Assembly (NCBI GenBank): GCA_963695545.1 | Contig: OY968796.1 | Coordinates: 2,560,001-2,624,000 of the forward strand | DNA from: Terriglobia bacterium | GTDB lineage: Bacteria; Acidobacteriota; Terriglobia; Acidiferrales; UBA7541 | Direction of reading: 5' to 3' | Length of the DNA stretch: 64,000 bases | Shown here: positions 57,671-64,000 of the stretch, in pieces | How the letters are laid out: each line of letters starts with the position of its first letter | Position numbering within the stretch: the stretch's first letter is position 1 | Made by a program: the position numbers and the translations under genes | Notes under the pieces: model-generated | The model's database searches: none | Told to the model about the DNA's origin: nothing | What the model saw: only the letters and a program-made list of their open reading frames with translations

Positions 57671-59407
57671 CTAGCCCTCGTCACCGCGCTTGACGTCGGA
57701 TATCTGGCCGCCGAATCGCTCGAGCATCGCGCGCACGATCGGGTCACGCTCAAACTGCGCGCGCAACTCGCGCGAAACTCCGGCTGCCCGAAACTCCGGC
57801 GCAGCCACCGGCGACGCTTCTAGTTTAACACAGACGCGCACACCCTGGCCGACAACGCGTTGCGCGATGTTCCGAAGAGTTTCCATCTGCTCGCGCGATT
57901 GCAACATCTCGGCCAGCGCGCGGCGCTCGGTGGGAAAAAATAAACGGACTTCGGAACCTTCGCGCTCCCAGCGGCTGGCTTGCTCCACGAGCTCGCCCAA
58001 GAATTTTTGCTGTTCGAGCGCGGCAACTTTGATGGCTTCCACTTGCGCGGCTTCAAGGCCTCCGCCGACGCTGACCATGCGCGCGACGGCGCCTTCGGGT
58101 TTTGTCGCGAGAGGAGCGCCGCTAACGCCCGGCTCTGAAACGCTGCGCTCGACGCGCGGCGCAGCGATCGGTGCGGTGCGCGTCGTCGCAGTGGGTTGCG
58201 GCGCGGAAGTATTCGCGGCGCCGTGCGCCGCGGCGGCAGACGAGGCTTTACCCGCGCGCGGCGTCGCGTCCGGGTCCGCGCCACCAAGTTCAGCCAAAAC
58301 TTGTTCGAGCGGCGCGAGGCGTGCGGCATTGACCATGCGCAACAATCCCATCTCCAGATGAAGTCGCTCGTCGGGCTTGCGGCGGAGATCGTCGTACGTC
58401 TCGAGCAGAATCTCGAAGAAGCGAGTGAGATCTTCTTCGCTGAAGGATGCCGCGGCGCGCGCGATGCCGGCGCGTTCGCTGGCCGGCGCGGCCACCAGAT
58501 CGGATTCGGCGCCGCATACTTTCGCGACCAGCAAATTGCGGAAGTGTCCGATCGCTTCGCGGCAGAAGCTCGGCAGATTTTGTCCTTGTGCCAGGAGGCC
58601 GTGCACGAGTTCGAGCGCAAGCGTGGCCGAGCGCTGCTCGATCGCGGTGGTGAGCAGATCGAGGGTTTCCTGCGGAACCACGCCGAGCAATTCGCGCACT
58701 TGCGCGTCGCTGATGGTTTCGCCGCTGTAGGCGCGCGCTTGCTCGAGCAACGAAAGCGCGTCGCGCACGCTGCCCTCTGCTGCGCGGGCCATCACGGCCA
58801 GCGCGCCCGCCTCGACGTTCCATTTTTCCTGTGAAGCGATCTGCGCGAGCGCCGCGGTGATTTCCGCGAACGAAAGCGCGCGAAAATGGAAGTGCTGCGA
58901 GCGCGAGCGAATGGTTTCGGCCAGATCGTCGGGCTCGGTCGTCGCGAGAATAAAGACCACGCGGTCGGGCGGCTCTTCGAGCGTTTTCAGCAGCGCGTTC
59001 GAGGCTTCGTCGGTGAGCATGTGCGCTTCGTCGAGGATCACGACTTTATAGCGCGACGACGCCGGCGCGTAGCGCACCATCTCGCGCAGCTCGCGAATCT
59101 GATCGATGCCGCGATTGGAAGCCGCGTCAATTTCGATCACGTCGAGCGACGAGCCGGTGGAAATCTCGCGGCATGAGTCGCATTCGTTGCAGGGTTCGGC
59201 GGCGGGGCCCTTGGCGCAATTCAGCGCCTTGGCGAGAATGCGCGCGGTAGTGGTTTTGCCGACGCCGCGCGCGCCGCTAAAAATGTACGCGTGCGCCACG
59301 CGACCGCTGACGATGGCGTTCGCGAGCGTGCGCGTGACGTGCTCTTGGCCGATGACCTCCGCAAAGGTCTGCGGCCGCCACTTTCGCGCGATCACTTGGT
59401 AAGCCAT
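57671..59407 (-). CDS. dnaX: DNA polymerase III subunit gamma/tau
   Basis: ARKWRPQTF, GARGVGKTT, EIDAASN, DEAHML; start at MAYQ. Confidence 0.97.
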   Translation of the reverse strand: MAYQVIARKWRPQTFAEVIGQEHVTRTLANAIVSGRVAHAYIFSGARGVGKTTTARILAKALNCAKGPAAEPCNECDSCREISTGSSLDVIEIDAASNRGIDQIRELREMVRYAPASSRYKVVILDEAHMLTDEASNALLKTLEEPPDRVVFILATTEPDDLAETIRSRSQHFHFRALSFAEITAALAQIASQEKWNVEAGALAVMARAAEGSVRDALSLLEQARAYSGETISDAQVRELLGVVPQETLDLLTTAIEQRSATLALELVHGLLAQGQNLPSFCREAIGHFRNLLVAKVCGAESDLVAAPASERAGIARAAASFSEEDLTRFFEILLETYDDLRRKPDERLHLEMGLLRMVNAARLAPLEQVLAELGGADPDATPRAGKASSAAAAHGAANTSAPQPTATTRTAPIAAPRVERSVSEPGVSGAPLATKPEGAVARMVSVGGGLEAAQVEAIKVAALEQQKFLGELVEQASRWEREGSEVRLFFPTERRALAEMLQSREQMETLRNIAQRVVGQGVRVCVKLEASPVAAPEFRAAGVSRELRAQFERDPIVRAMLERFGGQISDVKRGDEG

Positions 59408-59485
59408 TTTGGGCAATGCGCTCCGGGTAGTTCGGCGAACTTCTTGTGCGCCGCACGCCGCGCGCGGCCGGTGAAAACGATGAGA

Positions 59486-59589
59486 GGAACTTCGGGTACT
59501 CCGCGGCACACGAGGTGATCCCGGTACCGTTGCTCCCTTCCGGGCCTGGCGGGGTTCGCGGGGCCTGGTTGCACAGAGCCCGAAGTTCC
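59486..59589 (-). ncRNA. ffs: Signal recognition particle RNA (4.5S)
   Basis: GCCAGGCCCGGAAGGGAGCAACGG domain IV within a long terminal hairpin; usual position upstream of dnaX. Confidence 0.93.
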
Positions 59590-59694
59590 ACGCATCCGCA
59601 GTTTGCGATTTCCGATTCGCTCGAGAATTGCAATCCGCGACGCGAGTCTAGCACAGCGATTCAAGGCGCGGAAGTTTGTGCCGCACGCATCGAT

Positions 59695-59747
59695 TCCTAT
59701 TGACATTCGATAGGAGCGAGATGTATTCCTATCGTCGTTCTATAGGA
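59695..59747. promoter_or_regulatory. Tandem palindromic operators TCCTAT-N9-ATAGGA over the padR promoter and RBS
   Basis: Copies at 59695-59715 (contains TTGACA) and 59727-59747. Confidence 0.75.
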
Positions 59748-59751
59748 GCCG

Positions 59752-60087
59752 ATGGTGGGGGAACAAAACACGGAGTTGCTGCAAGGCACTCTCGATCTGC
59801 TGATCTTGAAGGCGCTCGCGCTCGGGCCGCGTCACGGGCTGGGCATAGCGCGGCGCATCGAGCAGGTGACGCGCGGAACATTTCAGGTGAAACCCGGCTC
59901 GCTGTTTCCGGCGCTGCATCGCATGGAGGACGAAGGCTGGCTTTCGTCGTCCTGGGGCGAATCGGAAAACAATCGCCGCGCGAAATTTTATCAACTCACC
60001 CGCGCGGGCCGGCGCCAACTCGGCGCCGAAACCGAGCGATGGGCGCGCGTTTCCGCCGCAATCGCGCGTGTGCTGGCGGTCAGCTGA
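59752..60087 (+). CDS. PadR family transcriptional regulator (Acidobacterial type)
   Basis: LLQGTLDLLIL, HG, GSLFPALHR and SENNRRAKFY motifs. Confidence 0.93.
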   Translation: MVGEQNTELLQGTLDLLILKALALGPRHGLGIARRIEQVTRGTFQVKPGSLFPALHRMEDEGWLSSSWGESENNRRAKFYQLTRAGRRQLGAETERWARVSAAIARVLAVS

Positions 60088-60099
60088 GGCGAGGAACGC

Positions 60100-62805
60100 A
60101 TGCGTGTGCTCAATCGCATTTGGAGTTTTTTTCGCAGCCTCGCTCATCGCGGTGAGGTCGACCGCGAATTGGATGCCGAGGTGCGCGCGCACGCCGAAAT
60201 GCTGGCGGACGAGAAAGTGCAGCAGGGAATGAGCGCGCAGCAGGCGCAACGCGCGGCGCGGCTTGAGATGGGCGGCATCGAGCAAGTGAAAGAAGAAGTC
60301 CGCAGCGCACGGCCGGGCGTGTGGCTCGAAACGCTGTGGCAAGACGTGCGCTTCAGCGCGCGCATGCTGCGCAAGAATCCCGCCTTCACCGCCGTCGCCG
60401 TTCTGACGCTCGCGCTCGGCATCGGCGCGAACACCGCGATTTTTAGCCTCGTGGATGTCGTGCTGTTTCGGCCGCTGCCTATCGCAAAGCCGAGCGAAGT
60501 CGTGCGCTTCACCACTGGGAGTACGCGCGGAGAATCGAGGTTTGCGTGGCTGTCATTCCCCGCGTACGAAGAGTACCGCGACAATACGGACGCGTTCTCC
60601 GGAATCGTGGCCTATCTTGACCGGCTGCCGGTGAATTTTTCCGCCGCCGGCGCGGGAGCCGAGCGCGTGGATGCGGGGATGGTCACTGGAAATTATTTTC
60701 AAGTGCTTGGAATCAATCCTATGCTGGGCCGCGTGATTCTGCCGGACGACGATCGTGCCGGCGCGGCGCCCGTGGTCATGCTGAGTTACGGCTATTGGCG
60801 GCGGAGTTTTGCCGCGGATCGCGGCGCGATCGGCAGGCAAGTGATCATCGATGGAGCGCCATTTACGATTGTGGGCGTCACGCCGCCCGGATTTGAGGGT
60901 GTGAGCTTTGAAAATTATCCGGGCGTTTGGCTGCCGATGTCCTACGGGTTCCAGATCGATCCGTTGTTGCACAGCCAGATCCCGTTGGGAAGAGAGTCGT
61001 TTCAATCGTTCGCGGTCGTGGCGCGATTGAGGCCGGGTGTCTCCGCTCAACAGGCGCAGGCGCAAGTCGAAACCGTTGCGGAACGTTACGGCGCGGGTCA
61101 GCCCGCCCCGGTCGAGCGCACGTACGTGCGGCTGTGGCCAGTCTTGGTGCCAGCGCTCGAGGAAGCGCAACAATCGGGGAGCCGGCTCTCGCGATTGCTG
61201 ATGGGAATTGTGCTCATCGTATTGCTGATCGCGTGTGCGGACGGGGCGGGATTGCTGCTGGCGCGCGCGGAGAATCGTCAGAAGGAAATTGCGCTGCGGC
61301 TGGCGCTGGGCGCCACGCGAAACCGAACGATCCGATTGCATCTGATCGAAGCGCTGGTCGTCGCGGCGCTGGGTACCGCGGCGGGCGGGTTGCTCGCGTA
61401 CTGCGGCGTGAAATTGCTGACCGCCGAAGCGCCCCCGACGCTGCCGATACCAATCGACCGGGCGGTGTCGATCCTGGATTTGCGCGTGCTCGCATTCACA
61501 TCGCTCGTCGGGATTCTCGCGGGACTCGCGAGCGGAATCGCGCCGGCGTGGCGGCATTCGCGTTCCGACCTGGGACTTTCGTTGAAAGGGACGGCGCGAA
61601 CCGGAAGCACGACTCTTTTTCGACTTCCGTTGCGGAGCGCGCTGGTGATTCTGCAGGTCGGGGCTTGCGTTCCTCTGCTAATCGGCGCGGGGCTGCTCGC
61701 GCGGACCCTGGCCCAGGCGGCCCGCATTCCTCTCGGCTTTGATTCCGACCATCTGGCCTTCGCCTCAACGGATCCGATGCGCCAGGGTTACAGCAAGGCC
61801 GCGGCCGCGAGTTTGCTCGAGCCGCTGCTGGATGCGCTGCGCGCGCAGCCGGGTGTGCAATCTGCGGCGCTGGGCAGCGCGACGCCGCTTCAAGGCGGGC
61901 CCGGCACCGTCATAGTTCCGGAAGGTCGCGAGGCCAACGGCGGGAAGGCCGATTGGGTGCAGCTGGTGATGGCGAGTCCAGGCTATTTCGACACCGTCGG
62001 AATTCCGATGCTCGGCGGCCGCGATTTTGCGTTGTCCGACGGGGAGAGTGCGCCGCGCGCGGCCATAGTGAACGCGTTCGCGGCGCAGGAATATTGGCCG
62101 GGACAGAATCCGATCGGGAAGCACATCGAAGATGTCGGCCCGAAGAACCAAACGTTCGAGGTAGTGGGAGTCGTCGGCAACACAGCGCCTGGAGAACTGG
62201 GGGCGGCGCCTTTTCCCGTCGTCTATGTGCCGTTCGAGCAGGCCTATTTAATGTTCCCGTTTCAGCCGGACGTCGATCTGCTCGCGCGAGGCAGCGGCGA
62301 ATCGAGCGGCCTGCTTCCAGCCATTCGCGCGGCCGTGGCGCGCATGAATCCGAATTTGCCGGTGTTTCGCGCCCACACGATGCGGGAACAAGTTGCGATG
62401 GTGCTGGGTGAGCAGAATTTTCTCGCGCGAGCGCTCATGCTTTTTTCCGTCCTGGCGACGATTTTGTCTGCGACGGGCATCTACGGTTTGCTTTCGTACA
62501 CGACCGCGAACTCAACGCAAGAGCTGGGCATTCGCCTGGCGCTCGGCGCGCAGCCACGCAGCGTTCTGTGGATGGTGATTCGGAAAGGAATGGCGCTGAT
62601 GGTCGTGGGCCTCGTCATCGGCCTGACGGCCGCTGTGGGGCTGACGCACCTGGTCGCCGCCTATCTTTACGGCGTCCGGCCGACCGATCTCTTCACCTTC
62701 GCCGCGGTGGCGTTGCTGATTTTCGTCGTCACGCTGGCAGCCTGCTATTTTCCGGCGCGGACAGCCACGAAAGTCGATCCGATCGTCGCTCTGCGCTACG
62801 AATAG
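60100..62805 (+). CDS. ADOP-family duplicated MacB/FtsX-like permease
   Basis: LDAEVRAH prefix, LALGIGANTAIFS, duplicated EIALRLALGA/ELGIRLALGA and C-terminal DPIVALRYE. Confidence 0.93.
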   Translation: MRVLNRIWSFFRSLAHRGEVDRELDAEVRAHAEMLADEKVQQGMSAQQAQRAARLEMGGIEQVKEEVRSARPGVWLETLWQDVRFSARMLRKNPAFTAVAVLTLALGIGANTAIFSLVDVVLFRPLPIAKPSEVVRFTTGSTRGESRFAWLSFPAYEEYRDNTDAFSGIVAYLDRLPVNFSAAGAGAERVDAGMVTGNYFQVLGINPMLGRVILPDDDRAGAAPVVMLSYGYWRRSFAADRGAIGRQVIIDGAPFTIVGVTPPGFEGVSFENYPGVWLPMSYGFQIDPLLHSQIPLGRESFQSFAVVARLRPGVSAQQAQAQVETVAERYGAGQPAPVERTYVRLWPVLVPALEEAQQSGSRLSRLLMGIVLIVLLIACADGAGLLLARAENRQKEIALRLALGATRNRTIRLHLIEALVVAALGTAAGGLLAYCGVKLLTAEAPPTLPIPIDRAVSILDLRVLAFTSLVGILAGLASGIAPAWRHSRSDLGLSLKGTARTGSTTLFRLPLRSALVILQVGACVPLLIGAGLLARTLAQAARIPLGFDSDHLAFASTDPMRQGYSKAAAASLLEPLLDALRAQPGVQSAALGSATPLQGGPGTVIVPEGREANGGKADWVQLVMASPGYFDTVGIPMLGGRDFALSDGESAPRAAIVNAFAAQEYWPGQNPIGKHIEDVGPKNQTFEVVGVVGNTAPGELGAAPFPVVYVPFEQAYLMFPFQPDVDLLARGSGESSGLLPAIRAAVARMNPNLPVFRAHTMREQVAMVLGEQNFLARALMLFSVLATILSATGIYGLLSYTTANSTQELGIRLALGAQPRSVLWMVIRKGMALMVVGLVIGLTAAVGLTHLVAAYLYGVRPTDLFTFAAVALLIFVVTLAACYFPARTATKVDPIVALRYE

Positions 62806-62847
62806 CCGATCGCGCGCCGGCCGCTTCGTGAGCGACTGTGGAGAATT

Positions 62848-63276
62848 TCACGGATCTTTGAACTGAGATTTTTTCGGAAAATCCACGTGCCAGAGCTTGT
62901 CTTCGGTCAGTTTTAGCGCGCCGACCATCCAGACGCCTTCCTTGTACGCTCTCCAGGCGATCTGAAACATTTGCGGTACGGCGGCCGCCGGGTCGGGATC
63001 CAATTTTCCGAGCAGTTTGATGGAGATCGTGTCGCCGCGCTCGAGGGGTTCTTGCAGCACGGCGCGGCAACCTGTTGCGCTGATATCGGTTGTGAAAGTT
63101 TTCTCGCAGAAAAGCTTTCCCGCGCGGTCGAATCCGGAAATTTCCACCGGATATCGCAGATTCACCCGCTTGGCCATGCGGCGATCGCTGACGATTTCGC
63201 TGACGAGCGTCTCCCAATCCGCGGAGGACATCGCCGTTTTTCCACCTTTGCTGTGGTCGCGCAAGTCGCTCGGCAT
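62848..63276 (-). CDS. PilZ domain protein
   Basis: RRMAKR and DISATG c-di-GMP motifs; start at 63276 or 63231. Confidence 0.8.
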   Translation of the reverse strand: MPSDLRDHSKGGKTAMSSADWETLVSEIVSDRRMAKRVNLRYPVEISGFDRAGKLFCEKTFTTDISATGCRAVLQEPLERGDTISIKLLGKLDPDPAAAVPQMFQIAWRAYKEGVWMVGALKLTEDKLWHVDFPKKSQFKDP

Positions 63277-63323
63277 GATTTCTTTCCTGGTCGAATCGCC
63301 GTTCGCCGCTGTTGATAACGTTC

Positions 63324-63338
63324 GCAGTTTCAATGCCA
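63324..63338 (-). promoter_or_regulatory. Putative sigma54 (-24/-12) promoter
   Basis: TGGCATTGAAACTGC, correct GG-N10-GC spacing. Confidence 0.5.
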
Positions 63339-63449
63339 CGCGAGCGTTGATTGGCCATTGATTCGAAGGCGTTTACAGAAGCGAGCGAACAGGCAGGCGC
63401 CGCAACTGAAACGAATGTTCCTGAGCGGTACAATCGAAACGAGGGAATT

Positions 63450-63998
63450 TCAAGCGGCCGAAGCGCCGGCCTTATGCGTCCGCTGCGCGCGCTTCAGAAA
63501 ACGGTACAAGCTGGTGCGCCCGATCCCCAGAACCTGCGCGGCGCGGACTCGATTGCCCTGGCAGGTTTCGAGCACGCGTTCGATGTGCAACCGGCGAACT
63601 TCTTCAAGCGGCATGGGTCGCCAGGTTTGGCCTGCGCCCACGCCGATGGTGGGTTTCTGCATATGCTCGGGCAAATCGTCAACGTCGATGAAATCGCTGG
63701 CGGTGGTGAGGCAGGCGCTGGAGACCACGTTTTCAAGTTCGCGCACGTTGCCCGGCCAGGAATGCTGCAGCAAGATGGTTTGCGCGCGGCGCGTAAGGCC
63801 GCGCACGGTCTTGGCGTAGGCTTCGTTGTATTTCTTGAGGAAAAATTGGATGAGCAGCGGAATATCTTCCAGGCGCTCGGCCAAACTCGGCACGCGAATT
63901 TGAATCGTGCTCAATCGGTAGTAGAGGTCTTCGCGGAAGTGGCCGGCCAAGACGTCGGCGCGCAGGTCGCGATTGGTGGCCGCGATGAGCCGGACGCT
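63450..63998 (-). CDS. Sigma54-dependent Fis-family transcriptional activator, C-terminal part (truncated by window edge)
   Basis: VRLIAATNRDL, FREDLYYRL, WPGNVRELEN and a Fis HTH. Confidence 0.93.
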   Translation of the reverse strand, partial: SVRLIAATNRDLRADVLAGHFREDLYYRLSTIQIRVPSLAERLEDIPLLIQFFLKKYNEAYAKTVRGLTRRAQTILLQHSWPGNVRELENVVSSACLTTASDFIDVDDLPEHMQKPTIGVGAGQTWRPMPLEEVRRLHIERVLETCQGNRVRAAQVLGIGRTSLYRFLKRAQRTHKAGASAA

Positions 63999-64000
63999 TA

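Noticed and set aside
57930..57946. T-run in dnaX as a possible gamma/tau frameshift site
   Set aside because: Not an A AAA AAG or long-A motif, lies close to the C-terminus and has no clear stimulatory element

Overview
High-GC bacterial chromosomal segment, very probably Acidobacteriota: it has an Acidobacteria-type PadR plus duplicated orphan permease (ADOP) pair and several Acidobacteria-style hypothetical families. Mostly core and housekeeping genes: end of a cytochrome c oxidase operon, DegT aminotransferase, HD-GYP response regulator, MrfA/MrfB-like helicase-exonuclease pair, msrPQ, a copper-handling cluster with a TonB-dependent receptor, fused 2-oxoacid dehydrogenase E1, an ECF sigma/anti-sigma pair, mug, a macro domain, lpxB, a heterodimeric ABC exporter, recR-ybaB-dnaX-ffs and a partial sigma54 activator. 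I saw no rRNA, tRNA, CRISPR array, transposase or integrase. Most notable: (1) an unannotated 49-aa secreted Pro-tailed peptide gene (6951-7100) heading a cassette with a multi-TM membrane protein, a coupled partner and an XRE regulator with an apparently non-cleaving S24-like domain, a candidate peptide-signalling system; (2) two dispersed copies (about 14855-15120 and 43058-43395) of an AT-rich non-coding element with a conserved promoter, ATTCGAAT palindromes and a shared TACACCCCCGGTA end; (3) a Cys-rich, Pro-tailed leader ORF before the TonB receptor, resembling copper-sensing uORFs. All product calls come from motif recognition by eye; no searches were run.
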